DNA of 64,000 nt, from positions 10,269-74,268 of the forward strand of contig CAZBWB010000001.1 of NCBI GenBank assembly GCA_964495875.1, in the 5' to 3' direction. This document shows, piece after piece, positions 35,891 to 46,309 of this stretch. The translations under genes were made by a program, and so were the position numbers. The stretch's first letter is position 1. Every line of letters starts with the position of its first letter. The stretch is from Candidatus Woesearchaeota archaeon (GTDB lineage: Archaea; Nanobdellota; Nanobdellia; Pacearchaeales; GW2011-AR1). Under the pieces are notes generated by a model. The model was not told where the DNA came from, searched no databases, and saw nothing but the letters and a program-made list of their open reading frames with translations.

Positions 35891-38800
35891 TCATATTTAT
35901 TTTTTAATTTAAGATTTGTATGAATATGCAGTCCCTGAAGTTCTTCAAGCAGAAGTTTAAATGCATATGAGACTTCAACAGGCTCGACATCTTCGCTGTT
36001 GCATACTGGACAGCTTACTTTGTCTCTTATGTTGTCATCAATTCCGATGCTCCCGCAGTTTATGCAAATTGGCAAGACGACCCTGTCTGAGTCATATCTC
36101 TCTTTTAAAAGTAGCGAAGCACCATGAGCCACTAATGCCTGTTGCTCCATTTCTCCAAGCCTCAATGCACCGCCTCTCGCCCTTCCTTCAATCGGCTGTC
36201 TTGTAAGCAATGCAGTTTTTCCAGAAGCTCTTCCGTGCATTTTGTTTCCAACCATGTATTTTAACTTTAGATAATAAAGATTGCCGATAAATATTTTTGC
36301 AGTTATTCTCTTGCCTGTAATTCCGTGATACATTGTTTCCTTGCCGTCATATCTGAATCCCAATTTTTTAAGCTGTTCTTCAAGTTCTTCTTTCTTAACT
36401 CCTGAAAAAGAAGTTCCGTCCATTATTTCCCCTTTCAAACATCCCACTTTTCCTGCTAAAAGTTCAAGCAAATAACCAATTGTCATTCTGCTTGGCAATC
36501 CGTGAGGATTGAATATAACATCCGGCTTTATACCTCTTGATGTGAATGGAATATCTTCTTCAGGAACAATCATGCCAATGACTCCTTTCTGCCCGTGAGA
36601 TGTGGCAAATTTATCACCAATTTCCGGAACCCTTTGGTCCCGTGTCTTAATCTGCACTATCTTATTTCCTTCATCATCTTCTGATATAAAAACAGCATCG
36701 ACAACTCCTTTTTCTTCCTGCCTCATTGTCACGCTTGATTCTTTGTTGGTTCTTACAGAAATTTCCCTTGCCTCTGACAGGAACTTCGGCGGAGACATCT
36801 TTCCTATCACAACATCTCCTTCATTAATCTCTGCTTCAGAATAAATAATACCATCATTCTCCAAAAGTCGATAACTCGATTCCATCTTATATCCGGAAGT
36901 ATCTTTTTCAGGAATAGCAATTTTATCCTTCAGTCCTCCTGCGTAATTCATCTCAACCGCACTGTAAGGGCGGAAATAAAAACTCCTTCCAACTCCTCGC
37001 TCCAAACTTCCTTTGTTAAATACCAAGGCATCTTCCATATTATATCCCTCATAAGTCATGATTGCAACCATCAAATTCTGTCCTGCAGGATAAGTGTTGA
37101 AAGTATCATAAACAAAACTTCTGACAATCGGTTTTTGCGGATATTGTAATATGCTCACGTCAGTATCCAGTCTGCATAGATAATTGGCAGCATATAATCC
37201 TAGCGCCTGTTTTTGTGTCTTGCTTCCCCTGTTCAGTCTTGAACTCTGGTCATGATTCCCATAAGGAACTAAACTCGTAACCAAACCAAATAAATCAATA
37301 TTGTCTATTTCAAGATGAGTATGCTCTGGAGTTATCTCCTCTTCATATAATGAGACAAGAGCGTTTTCTTCTTCAGCAGCATCCAGATATTCAATTATCC
37401 CTTTGTTTATTAAATCATTCCAGTTTAATTCTCCTTGTTCTAACTGAACTAAATGTTCATTTTTTAATTTCGAGGAACCGTTCTCAATGATTATTAGTGG
37501 TCTTAGAACTCTCCCCGGCTCTGTTGAAATTGCAACAATTCCAAAAGAAGAATTATCTCTGACATTCAGCTGAATCGGAAGTTCATTGCTTCTCCTTTTT
37601 TCTCTTATTTTTTTAACAAAATCATCTGCATCCTCCACACTTCCGATAAATATGCCATTAAAGAAAACATCTGCTCCGGTAAAACCTTCTCTCTTCAGTC
37701 CAATCGATTCCAAATCTTTGAGGAATCTTTCTTCATCAAGTTCGACTCTTGTTGAAACCTTGCTTAAAATTGCGAGGTTTTTTCTCAATCCAATCTCGGT
37801 TCCTTCAGGAGTTTCAATCGGGCAAAATCTTCCGTAATTAGTGGGATGTAATGTTCTTGCTAAAAAATTTTCCTGCTCTGAAGGTAGCATGCTCGAAACT
37901 CTCTGCAATTGAGAGGTAATTGCAAGATAATTTGTCCTGTCCATATTTTGAGTTATACCGCTTCTCTCGCCTGTCCAGCTTCCTGTTGCAATTGCTGATT
38001 CCACTCTGTGAGAAAATAGAGTTGATTTTGCAATTATTTTTATAGAAAAAAACTTTTTTCTTTTGGATGATTTCTGTAATGAATACTGAATATCCCGAAT
38101 AAGAATGCCCAAATTAACTCTGAATAATGTAGCTAGTAAATCTCCTGAAAGCCTGACTCTTTTATTAGAATAATGGTCCTTGTCTGTTTTTAAAGTAGGA
38201 TTCTCTTTTGCAATTAAAAATTGCTTTATCAATTTGCAGAGTGTAATTGCTTTCTTGATTCTGTCTTCTTTTTTCTGTCCGATATGCGGAAAAAGATAAG
38301 AATCAAGCCTTTGCTTTACCCTGTCCAAAATCTCCTTTTTTGTCCCCTGTAAATTTGTCTTTTCTGCAATATACATCATCGCATCTTCTTTCGTGGCTAA
38401 GTTAGCAAATTCATACAAATTAACAATCACGCTGTCTGTTTCTTTTCCAAGATATTTTGCTATGTCAGATTCTTTTATCAACCCCCACGCTTTTAAGATA
38501 ACAATTGCCGGCAGATCCCTAAATCTGCTGAAGGATACTTCAAAAATTCCTTCTTTATTTTCTGAAATTGTCACGGGAATTCTGTATGTTCCTTTTAATG
38601 AAAAGAGTCTTAAGTTTAGATTTCCTTTAGAATCTGTTTCAATAAACGGCTGATTTTCAGCGAGGTCTTCAGCCATTATCATCACTCTCTCATTTCCATT
38701 AATTATAAAATATCCTCCTGGGTCTGATGGGTCTGAATAATTTTTAATAAGTTCTTCTTTTGACATTCCGTGAGTATTACAAACTTTGCTCTTAACCATA

Positions 38801-39147
38801 ATCGGAATTTTTCCGATTTCAACAACTTCAGAATCAACCTGGTCCCCTTTTTTTACCATTATTTCCAGAGTAATTGGAGCAGCGTAAGTAAGGTTTCTTA
38901 TTCGTGCTTCATAAGGCAGAATCAGTGAGGCGCTGCCGTCTGCTTCAACAACTTTCGGCTTTTCAACTTTGATTTTTCCAAGAGTTATTTCAAAATCATC
39001 ATTCTCGATACTTTCTGAAATTTCATTAACAATCTCTTGCATTCTGTGTTCGATAAATTCATTAAAAGAAATCAGATTGGATTCTACTAGCGAATGCTCT
39101 TGCAGATATTTCTTTACAACCAAATGATTATTATCTATAATTCCCAT
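35887..39147 (-). CDS. rpoB: DNA-directed RNA polymerase subunit B (unsplit)
   Basis: GDKFATSHGQKGV, GEMEQQALVAHGAS, C-terminal Zn ribbon CINCGS...CPVCNS. A 4-nt overlap with the rpoA start. Confidence 0.9.
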   Translation of the reverse strand: MGIIDNNHLVVKKYLQEHSLVESNLISFNEFIEHRMQEIVNEISESIENDDFEITLGKIKVEKPKVVEADGSASLILPYEARIRNLTYAAPITLEIMVKKGDQVDSEVVEIGKIPIMVKSKVCNTHGMSKEELIKNYSDPSDPGGYFIINGNERVMIMAEDLAENQPFIETDSKGNLNLRLFSLKGTYRIPVTISENKEGIFEVSFSRFRDLPAIVILKAWGLIKESDIAKYLGKETDSVIVNLYEFANLATKEDAMMYIAEKTNLQGTKKEILDRVKQRLDSYLFPHIGQKKEDRIKKAITLCKLIKQFLIAKENPTLKTDKDHYSNKRVRLSGDLLATLFRVNLGILIRDIQYSLQKSSKRKKFFSIKIIAKSTLFSHRVESAIATGSWTGERSGITQNMDRTNYLAITSQLQRVSSMLPSEQENFLARTLHPTNYGRFCPIETPEGTEIGLRKNLAILSKVSTRVELDEERFLKDLESIGLKREGFTGADVFFNGIFIGSVEDADDFVKKIREKRRSNELPIQLNVRDNSSFGIVAISTEPGRVLRPLIIIENGSSKLKNEHLVQLEQGELNWNDLINKGIIEYLDAAEEENALVSLYEEEITPEHTHLEIDNIDLFGLVTSLVPYGNHDQSSRLNRGSKTQKQALGLYAANYLCRLDTDVSILQYPQKPIVRSFVYDTFNTYPAGQNLMVAIMTYEGYNMEDALVFNKGSLERGVGRSFYFRPYSAVEMNYAGGLKDKIAIPEKDTSGYKMESSYRLLENDGIIYSEAEINEGDVVIGKMSPPKFLSEAREISVRTNKESSVTMRQEEKGVVDAVFISEDDEGNKIVQIKTRDQRVPEIGDKFATSHGQKGVIGMIVPEEDIPFTSRGIKPDVIFNPHGLPSRMTIGYLLELLAGKVGCLKGEIMDGTSFSGVKKEELEEQLKKLGFRYDGKETMYHGITGKRITAKIFIGNLYYLKLKYMVGNKMHGRASGKTALLTRQPIEGRARGGALRLGEMEQQALVAHGASLLLKERYDSDRVVLPICINCGSIGIDDNIRDKVSCPVCNSEDVEPVEVSYAFKLLLEELQGLHIHTNLKLKNKYE

Positions 39148-39341
39148 TATACCACAACTCTAAAATAAGTGCCTTCAGGTCTTTCAATTTTAATTACATC
39201 ACTTGGCTGGCACTTTTCCGGCAATGCAGGGTCACTTGAAAAGATTTTGGGCAACTGAGCCTTAGATATATTTAATTTTTTTAAAAGTTCTTCAACCTCT
39301 TTCTCGCTAAGTTTGACATGTTTGGGTTGTAGAATGTGCAT
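39147..39341 (-). CDS. rpoH: RNA polymerase subunit H (Rpb5 C-terminal domain)
   Basis: 64 aa; HVKLSEKEVEELLKKLNISKAQLPKI..SDP...IKIERP. Abuts rpoB. Confidence 0.8.
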   Translation of the reverse strand: MHILQPKHVKLSEKEVEELLKKLNISKAQLPKIFSSDPALPEKCQPSDVIKIERPEGTYFRVVV

Positions 39342-39588
39342 TTTAGGGGATGGGAGGGATTTATTAGATAGTTGTGAATAATTACAACTTCATAATAATA
39401 AAAGCTAATTAATTTTTATTTAAAAAGCTTTCGATGATGGGGGATTTGCACCTAAAGTATTTCTTGCACCAAAAGTGGTTTAGTTTTAGTGCAAAGCTGA
39501 TGATGGGGGGTTTGTTTAATAAGTCCTTAAATCGCTTTACTTTTTAAACAGAGAAACTTATAAAAAGGTTATATTTTATCTTTAAAAT

Positions 39589-39864
39589 ATGAAAGAAGCT
39601 AAAATAACTCTTGAAGAGCATAAAGAAATGGGAAGATTAGCAAAAATCTTTAGTGATAAATTAGTCAAAGAGAAAGTAAGAATAATAAATGAAGCAGGGA
39701 GCAAGACAGAAGGAAAGAAGAAGGCAATTAATCACACAAAAGCAATAAAATCATTATCAGAATTTAGAGATAAAATAGAGGAAGTAATGGTTCAAGATTA
39801 TCCAGAAATAATGGAAAAAAAAGGAAAAGAGGATTTTACTGATATCTATTATGGAAAAAGATGA
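39589..39864 (+). CDS. Hypothetical protein
   Basis: 91-aa ORF; no motif recognised. Confidence 0.45.
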   Translation: MKEAKITLEEHKEMGRLAKIFSDKLVKEKVRIINEAGSKTEGKKKAINHTKAIKSLSEFRDKIEEVMVQDYPEIMEKKGKEDFTDIYYGKR

Positions 39865-39942
39865 TTAAATCTTTTTGATTTTAATAGGTTCCTCTAATTT
39901 AAAATTTGCCTTAATTCCTAATTCACAAATTCAGATTTTCAA

Positions 39943-40185
39943 TCATCTCCTGCTTATCCTTTGCTCATATTCCCATAATTCTTTTCCTTCTTTTAAGGTA
40001 TAATGTCCTGCAGTAGCCAATATGCCTATGTATGTAGGAGCTTTGAGGCACCAGAGATACTTTTCAACATCAAATTTTTTCATAAGAACATTTCCCCCTA
40101 CCAAAAGACCAGCCAATCCTGCCCAGATAGTAAGGGCTCTTGCTCTGCATTTTGTTTTTATATATTTTTCCTTCATAATCTTCAT
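39943..40185 (-). CDS. Small membrane protein
   Basis: 80 aa with two hydrophobic helices. Confidence 0.45.
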   Translation of the reverse strand: MKIMKEKYIKTKCRARALTIWAGLAGLLVGGNVLMKKFDVEKYLWCLKAPTYIGILATAGHYTLKEGKELWEYEQRISRR

Positions 40186-40221
40186 ATCTCCTATTCTCTA
40201 GAACTTATTCAAATCCCAAAA

Positions 40222-40335
40222 TGGCCCCGGAGGGATTTGAACCCCCGACACCTGGATATCTTCGCGTATTTACGAACCTTATCATATTCGCAACGCGTAA
40301 AAGTCCAGTGCTCTGCCAGACTGAGCTACGGAGCC
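40222..40335 (-). tRNA. tRNA-Lys(UUU) with a ~40-nt intron at 37/38
   Basis: GGCTCCG-TA-GCTC-AGTCTGGCA-GAGC-A-CTGGA-CTTTTA[intron]A-TCCAG-...GGGGG-TTCAAAT-CCCTC-CGGGGCC-A. The intron has a CGCGT/ACGCG stem. Confidence 0.85.
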
Positions 40336-40370
40336 GCAATATCTGAAGGATATTTCTATTTAAAAAGATT

Positions 40371-40697
40371 TCATAAATTATTTTCTATATACCTTTTTAT
40401 TCTATTCTGAGTAGGTGCAAGATAATAACCATGTAAAGATGTTATAATTGCTTCAGCAGTTTCTTCTGGATTAAATATATTTTTAAAAATTATTTCTATA
40501 TTTCCTCTTACTTCAACACTGTTTGGATGTGCTGGATCTTTTTTACTCCTTTTTGTAAACTGATATTCTTTTAACCTTGTAATTAATCTTGACTTATATT
40601 TTTCCCTTTGGTTATCTGGGATAACATGCTCTATAATTGGGCGTAAGAAAAAAAGATAAACTTCCCCATATTCTTGATATCTATACTCAACTTCCAT
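40371..40697 (-). CDS. Hypothetical protein
   Basis: 108-aa ORF; no motif recognised. Confidence 0.45.
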   Translation of the reverse strand: MEVEYRYQEYGEVYLFFLRPIIEHVIPDNQREKYKSRLITRLKEYQFTKRSKKDPAHPNSVEVRGNIEIIFKNIFNPEETAEAIITSLHGYYLAPTQNRIKRYIENNL

Positions 40698-40707
40698 ATT
40701 AAAATTT

Positions 40708-41040
40708 TCACAAAAATCCTTTTAGTTTCTCTTCAAATTCCTCTCCGGGAATAGCTCCTATAAATCTTTCCACGGGTTTTCCTTCTTTAAACAAAATAAA
40801 ATTAGGAATTGAATTAACTTCAAATTCCTGAGCCAGTTCTTTATTATCTTCAACATTGACTTTCGCGAATTTCACTTTTCCTTTAAATTTTTCAGAAAGT
40901 TCATCAATTACAGGCGCCATCATCAAACACGGCATGCACCATTCAGCAAAAAAGTCTACCAGAATCATACCTTGTTTTATAAATTTCTCAAATTCTCCAT
41001 GATTACCAATTTCCGGAACTTTATCATTATTTCCTGCCAT
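40708..41040 (-). CDS. trxA: Thioredoxin
   Basis: 110 aa with a thioredoxin fold. The active site is WCMPC, a variant of WCGPC. Confidence 0.8.
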   Translation of the reverse strand: MAGNNDKVPEIGNHGEFEKFIKQGMILVDFFAEWCMPCLMMAPVIDELSEKFKGKVKFAKVNVEDNKELAQEFEVNSIPNFILFKEGKPVERFIGAIPGEEFEEKLKGFL

Positions 41041-41148
41041 TTTACCAGACTCATTAGTTTTATAGAAATAAGCATATTTATAAAAGTTTTCTTAATATCT
41101 CTTTTAGATTATAATAATTCTTTTAAAGAGTTTCGGCCTTTACTTCTC

Positions 41149-41907
41149 ATGAAAAATAGAGGAGATTGTCTTCCTGATAAATTGTCTCCAGATAGATGGA
41201 AAGAATTGAGAAAATTTATGGATCTTTTTCGTGCAGTTGAGCCAAGTGTAGAATTAATTGCATTAACACAACCCTTAAAAAGACTTTCTTCACAAGGAAT
41301 AAAATCAGAGACTATTCCTGCTTACACTGCAAGGCATTGTTGGGAATCATATGACAAATATAATGAGGACCCAAAAAACAATTATGAACAAGATAAAGGA
41401 TTAACAAAAAGTTTGATTAAAAGAGAGCATACAACCCCTTTACAGGCAGTTAATTATGTTTTTGATGTTCTTAACACAAGTAAAAGTTTACAAGCACAAT
41501 GGACTCGTCATAAAATTGGAGTGGGATGGAGTTATAGAAGTACGCGATTTGTAGAAGCATCAGGCAATAATTTTGTATATAATACTTATGATTATATTGA
41601 AAATAAAGAGGATGTAATGAAACTCTTAAGGATTGATGAAGAAGTTGCAAAAAGAGCAGTAGAAATTTACGGTAAAAAAAGAGAGCTCAAAGCAACAAAA
41701 CAAGATTCAAGAAAAATAATGCCTGTCGAATTTGCAACAAATTGTTCTTTTTTTGCAAATGCTAGAGCATTAAGACATTTATTTAACCTCCGTCTTGAAA
41801 AACATGCAGAATGGGAAATCAGAAGAATGGCTGCAATGATGCTTGAAGAAGTGATGAAGTATACTCCAATAATTTTTGAAGATATTTATGAAAAATTCTC
41901 TAATTAA
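41149..41907 (+). CDS. thyX: Flavin-dependent thymidylate synthase
   Basis: ThyX motif context QAQWTRHKIGVGWSYRSTRF. The likely start is MKNRGD at 41149; the track ORF extends upstream antisense to trx. Confidence 0.8.
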   Translation: MKNRGDCLPDKLSPDRWKELRKFMDLFRAVEPSVELIALTQPLKRLSSQGIKSETIPAYTARHCWESYDKYNEDPKNNYEQDKGLTKSLIKREHTTPLQAVNYVFDVLNTSKSLQAQWTRHKIGVGWSYRSTRFVEASGNNFVYNTYDYIENKEDVMKLLRIDEEVAKRAVEIYGKKRELKATKQDSRKIMPVEFATNCSFFANARALRHLFNLRLEKHAEWEIRRMAAMMLEEVMKYTPIIFEDIYEKFSN

Positions 41908-42485
41908 TTCTGCCTTTCAACTTTCCCGGCACTTGTGATTCTTCCACCCTGATATTGTCCTGAATATATTCTTTTTATCTCTCCAATAACTGGCTCAAAA
42001 ATTAATTTAAACATCCTCGCACCTAATTCAAATGTAAACTCTTGGTCGCTATTATTTTTCAAACCAAAAACTAGTGGTCCACTATAACCAGGATTGGTTA
42101 TTGAACAATGCAAACTAATTCCACTCCTATGTAAAGAAGTTCTGGGATAAATGTCTGGCATTAAATATCTCAAAGGAGAATTTTCTTCATATTCAATGGG
42201 ATTAGGAGGACAATTAATTGTTTCAACCGTCCTTACTAAAAAATAATCTCCCGGATTCATTTTAATTTTTTTATTTCCATCAATTTTTATATCTGCGATT
42301 AAATCTGTTTTAGGAGAATTCCGGTCAGTTACTCCCAAAAAACTAGGTCCAACAATTTTTTCAACCCTTCCCACTCTTAATTCTAATTCAATCCCTTCAG
42401 GATTTTTCAATTCTCTTTTAGAAAGCCCTTCAATCAAATTGTATTTCTTATTTAATTCTAAAACTTTCAAAGCGGATAGAGGCAT
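41904..42485 (-). CDS. dcd: dCTP deaminase/dUTPase-family protein
   Basis: PRTSLHRSGISLHCSITNPGYSGPLVFGLKNNS..ELGARMFKLIF. The likely start is MPLSALK at 42485. Confidence 0.75.
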   Translation of the reverse strand: MPLSALKVLELNKKYNLIEGLSKRELKNPEGIELELRVGRVEKIVGPSFLGVTDRNSPKTDLIADIKIDGNKKIKMNPGDYFLVRTVETINCPPNPIEYEENSPLRYLMPDIYPRTSLHRSGISLHCSITNPGYSGPLVFGLKNNSDQEFTFELGARMFKLIFEPVIGEIKRIYSGQYQGGRITSAGKVERQN

Positions 42486-42486
42486 T

Positions 42487-45423
42487 TTATCCACCCCCAC
42501 AACCACCAGTAGTTGTTTTACAGACTGGACATTTCCAACAACCCCCATCACTAATCATGAGATTACCGCATTGGTCACAGGTTTTTCCTGTTATTTTTCC
42601 AGATATATTTTTTAGACTATTAACCCCTCCCCAAATTCTAGTTCTTTTTATTTTTTCAATTGTTTCTCTTGTGTCCAATCCCTGTTCCTTGTCGCACCAA
42701 TAATTATTTCCAGAAATTCTTTCTATTGTTTCTTCTAAACTAGGAACACCAGGATACATTATTTCTCCCTCAACAGTTGGAATTAAATGCAATTCTGGAA
42801 CTTTTTTATAAGCTCTTAATTCCCAAGGAAGAGGTCGCATTTCAGGTCCATTAGGATTCTTAGGGATAAAAGATATATCTCCTAAATATTCTGCCGTTAA
42901 CCAATCATACAAAAATCCATCCAATCCTTTTGCTGTTTTAATAAAAGGATGGTCTGTTAATCCAGAAATTTGAGATTGTCCTGCTTTCCCAAAAACTTCA
43001 ATTGCTTCTTTTAAAGGAACTCCATATTGTAGTTTCTCTGAAAATTGAATTGCATTTTCATTCAATAACCTATTTACTTCACTTCCTCTTTCAAGAGAAT
43101 CAATGAAAACTTCTCCCAATCTTCCATCTGCATATTCGCCTGTTCTTATAAATAAGGGAATATTTCCAATTTTAACTTTTTGGGTTATTCCTTCTCTTTG
43201 ATTTGGGAGAGATTCTCTTTTACCTCTTGATAAAATCTGAATATTTCTATATGCTCCTGTTTTAAGTGGCTGAGCTGCTTTACTGCCATCCCTGTAAATT
43301 GCAAGAGCCTTAACTTCAAGTCTCCATGCCTGATAAAACATATTTTCAATTTCTTCTACTGATGTAAATTCAGGACAATTTATTGTCTTTGATATTGCTC
43401 CTGATATGTGGGGTTGTATTGCTCCCAACATTTTTATATGCCCCATAGGATCAATTACCCTTGTTCCTTTATTAGATGTAACAGCACAATCAAAAACAGG
43501 AAGATGTTCTTTTTTAAGAATCTCACATTCTTCTACATTTCCATTTTTATCAATATAATCAACTATTTCCTCTCTTTTCTCTTTATCATATCCCAATTTT
43601 TCCAATGCTAAAGGAACTGTTTCATTAACTATAATCATTGAGCCTCCTCCTGCTAATTCTTTATATTTTTTTAACTGAAATTCCGGCTCACATCCGGTAG
43701 TATCACATCCCATCATAAATCCTATAGTTCCTGTTGGAGCCAAAAGTGTAACCTGAGCATTTCTATATCCGTATTCCCTGCCCATTTCAATAACCTCGTT
43801 CCATTTTTGATTTGCTGACTCAACTAAGTCTTCAAGCCCGTTTCTCTTTGGAATTTTTCTTGCAGCCTTTCTGTGAAGTTCTATAACTTCCAGCATTGGT
43901 TTTTTGTTTTTTTCATATTCCTGAAAAGAACCTAATGTCTTGGCTAATCTCGCTGATTGCAAATAAGCCTCTGCTGTCATATTTGAAGTTATTGCAGCTG
44001 CAAAATCTCTTGCTTCATCAGAATCATATGCCAATCCAAGAGACATTATATAAGCTCCTAAATTTGCATAACCCAACCCCAATGGACGATAAATATGACT
44101 GTTCCATGCAGTTTCCTTATCAGGATAAGAAGCTTTAGATACAAGGATATCTTGAGAAGTAATATATAAATCTACAGCTTTGCAAAAAGATTCTAAATCA
44201 AAACTTCCATCAATTTTTCTAAATCTTAATAAATTTAAAGATGCAAGATTACATGAAGTATTATCTATAAAATTATATTCTGTGCAGGGATTTGTAGCCC
44301 AAATCTCTCCAGATTCTTTAATAGTATTCCATCTGTTAATTGTATCATGATACTGCATTCCTGGGTCTCCACACTCATGAGTTGCAAAAGCCATTATCTT
44401 TGCAAGTTTTCTTGCAGGTTCTTTTCTAATAAGTTTATCATCAAAAACTCTTCTAACTTCACATTCTTTATTATTTTCATACGCCCTCCAGAAATCATCA
44501 GTAGTTCTGATAGAAATATTAACATTTTGAGCTCTCAAATCCTGAATTGTGTGGCTTTCCCAATTGCTTGGGGAACCTGCATTTATCAATATTCTTGCTT
44601 TTTGTTCTTCTTTATATTTATGTTTTATAATCTCTTTTAAATCAGGATGTAAAGCCAAAATACTTTGCATTGTGGCAGCCCTTCTTGTTTTTCCTCCGGA
44701 TTTAATAACTCTTGCACAAGCATCCTGTAAATCCATAAATCTAACTGCTCCTGATGCCTGCCCCCCTCCTGAAACAGGCTCCCCGGTACTTCTTATTTTT
44801 GACCAATCACCACCAATTCCAGAACCTCCTTTGAATACTCTCGAACTTTTTACAGTACCAACATAGATCATATCTTCAATAGAATCTTCTGGCGAGGAAA
44901 TAAAACATGCAGATATCTGTGGATGCGCATAAAAATTATCAACCTTTTTTACTTTTCCATTTTGAATATAAAAATTTTCTCCGTCTTGTTTTATCCCATA
45001 TAAATCCAACCCTAGATTAAACCAAACAGGAGAATTAAATGCGCCATATTGTCCTATTGTGGCAGTAACAAGTTCATACTCAAGATTTTTTGCAGAATTA
45101 TTATTGAAATAACCCTGCTCAACTCCCCATTGGGAAATTTTTTTAGCAACTCTTCCTGCCAATTGCCTGATATCAGTTTCTCTGCCTATTTTTGGAACAT
45201 CTTTTCTTCTGAAATATTTTGTAGAAACAGTATTAGCAGCATGCTGACTCCACCAAGAGGGAAAAATTGTATCTTTTACTGTCTCTACAACTCCTCCTTT
45301 ATCATTAGTCACAGTAACATTCCTCTTTTGATAATCCATTAAATGATTAGAATCTTCATAAGGATTTCCAAAAGGTTCTGCAAAATATCTTTCTATACTC
45401 AATCCCTCTGTTTTTACCATCAT
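42487..45423 (-). CDS. nrdJ: Class II (adenosylcobalamin-dependent) ribonucleotide reductase
   Basis: 978-aa monomeric RNR. WATNPCTEY, SCNLASLNL, C-terminal Cys-rich tail CDQCGN...CWKCPVC. Confidence 0.85.
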   Translation of the reverse strand: MMVKTEGLSIERYFAEPFGNPYEDSNHLMDYQKRNVTVTNDKGGVVETVKDTIFPSWWSQHAANTVSTKYFRRKDVPKIGRETDIRQLAGRVAKKISQWGVEQGYFNNNSAKNLEYELVTATIGQYGAFNSPVWFNLGLDLYGIKQDGENFYIQNGKVKKVDNFYAHPQISACFISSPEDSIEDMIYVGTVKSSRVFKGGSGIGGDWSKIRSTGEPVSGGGQASGAVRFMDLQDACARVIKSGGKTRRAATMQSILALHPDLKEIIKHKYKEEQKARILINAGSPSNWESHTIQDLRAQNVNISIRTTDDFWRAYENNKECEVRRVFDDKLIRKEPARKLAKIMAFATHECGDPGMQYHDTINRWNTIKESGEIWATNPCTEYNFIDNTSCNLASLNLLRFRKIDGSFDLESFCKAVDLYITSQDILVSKASYPDKETAWNSHIYRPLGLGYANLGAYIMSLGLAYDSDEARDFAAAITSNMTAEAYLQSARLAKTLGSFQEYEKNKKPMLEVIELHRKAARKIPKRNGLEDLVESANQKWNEVIEMGREYGYRNAQVTLLAPTGTIGFMMGCDTTGCEPEFQLKKYKELAGGGSMIIVNETVPLALEKLGYDKEKREEIVDYIDKNGNVEECEILKKEHLPVFDCAVTSNKGTRVIDPMGHIKMLGAIQPHISGAISKTINCPEFTSVEEIENMFYQAWRLEVKALAIYRDGSKAAQPLKTGAYRNIQILSRGKRESLPNQREGITQKVKIGNIPLFIRTGEYADGRLGEVFIDSLERGSEVNRLLNENAIQFSEKLQYGVPLKEAIEVFGKAGQSQISGLTDHPFIKTAKGLDGFLYDWLTAEYLGDISFIPKNPNGPEMRPLPWELRAYKKVPELHLIPTVEGEIMYPGVPSLEETIERISGNNYWCDKEQGLDTRETIEKIKRTRIWGGVNSLKNISGKITGKTCDQCGNLMISDGGCWKCPVCKTTTGGCGGG

Positions 45424-45547
45424 AATTTCCCAAAAACAAAAGAAAAAAATCTAAGAAGTATTTAAAGATTTATTCTCCCTAAAATATAATAACAAAAAAT
45501 ACATCCAAAAACATTTTTAAACTATAATCCCTTTATATAAAAAGAAA

Positions 45548-45811
45548 ATGGCAGATTATTTTGCAACAATAGCAAGTGAATTGGGGATTTCACTTTGGTT
45601 ATTTTTGATTATTCTTCTTTGGTCTGCAGTGTGGAAACTCTTGGCTTTATGGAAAAGTGCAAGAAAAGGCTCTGTAGTTTGGTTCATAGTCTTGGCGATT
45701 TTTAATACAATGGGATTATTGGAAATTCTTTATATTTTTGTTTTATCAGATATGAAACCCTGTAAGCCAATTAAGAAAGCTAAAAAGAAATCTAAGAAGA
45801 AGAAAAGATAG
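45548..45811 (+). CDS. Small membrane protein
   Basis: 87 aa; two TM helices and a Lys-rich tail. Confidence 0.5.
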   Translation: MADYFATIASELGISLWLFLIILLWSAVWKLLALWKSARKGSVVWFIVLAIFNTMGLLEILYIFVLSDMKPCKPIKKAKKKSKKKKR

Positions 45812-46276
45812 TTATTGAATCTTTTTACGAAATCTCCAAATATTTAACCGCCAATATGATTCCCATCCGAATCGCTTTGCAATTTTTGGATTTATAATAT
45901 TTGAGTATCCATATATGGCATTCTTGCCTTTATTTTTTGCAAGTTCTTCTATTTTAGAAAGCAAATCCTTTATTACAAGAAGAGAACTATCCTTTCTTGT
46001 TTTAATAGCATATAATATGAAATCATTTGTTCCACATTTTTTATATTCCATATCTTTCATACCAACATCCCAATGTACTACTCCTTCACATTTCAATTTA
46101 TTACGGTCTCTTAACATAGTAGGACAACCTATGAAATATTTTCTCCAAATATATTCATAAAAAGGATGTAAAAGCGGATTAGTCCAAAGTCTATATTCAG
46201 TATCACCATTATTCATTCGTATTGAACCTGCATAAGCCTTCTCTAATAATTTTGAATTTATATTTTCTATTTTCAT
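45812..46276 (-). CDS. Hypothetical protein
   Basis: 154-aa ORF; no motif recognised. Confidence 0.45.
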   Translation of the reverse strand: MKIENINSKLLEKAYAGSIRMNNGDTEYRLWTNPLLHPFYEYIWRKYFIGCPTMLRDRNKLKCEGVVHWDVGMKDMEYKKCGTNDFILYAIKTRKDSSLLVIKDLLSKIEELAKNKGKNAIYGYSNIINPKIAKRFGWESYWRLNIWRFRKKIQ

Positions 46277-46309
46277 TAACCAAAAATCTTAGATTTCTTA
46301 TTTAACATT

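Noticed and set aside
39424-39514. Possible box C/D sRNA: GATGATG motifs about 67 nt apart and a CTGA next to the second.
   Set aside because: The C-box candidates read AUGAUGG rather than RUGAUGA. No internal D'/C' pair is found at the right spacing, and there is no terminal stem. Kept only as a repeat/regulatory observation.
40003-40410. 135-aa track ORF on the plus strand.
   Set aside because: It runs antisense through an 80-aa membrane ORF and across tRNA-Lys (40222-40335), and has low-complexity composition. Treated as spurious.
40708-41040. Thioredoxin active site WCMPC instead of WCGPC.
   Set aside because: A single-residue variant of the CxxC dipeptide within a normal thioredoxin fold. 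Not unusual enough to list as a finding.
291-45342. Numerous 60-155-aa track ORFs antisense to or nested in large conserved genes (argS, ileS, smc, tuf, fusA, rpoA, rpoB, nrdJ, nifS and others).
   Set aside because: They lie wholly inside well-supported genes on the other strand or frame. They have Phe/Ser/Leu/Ile-rich low-complexity translations typical of AT-rich antisense frames, and lack plausible starts or SD sequences.
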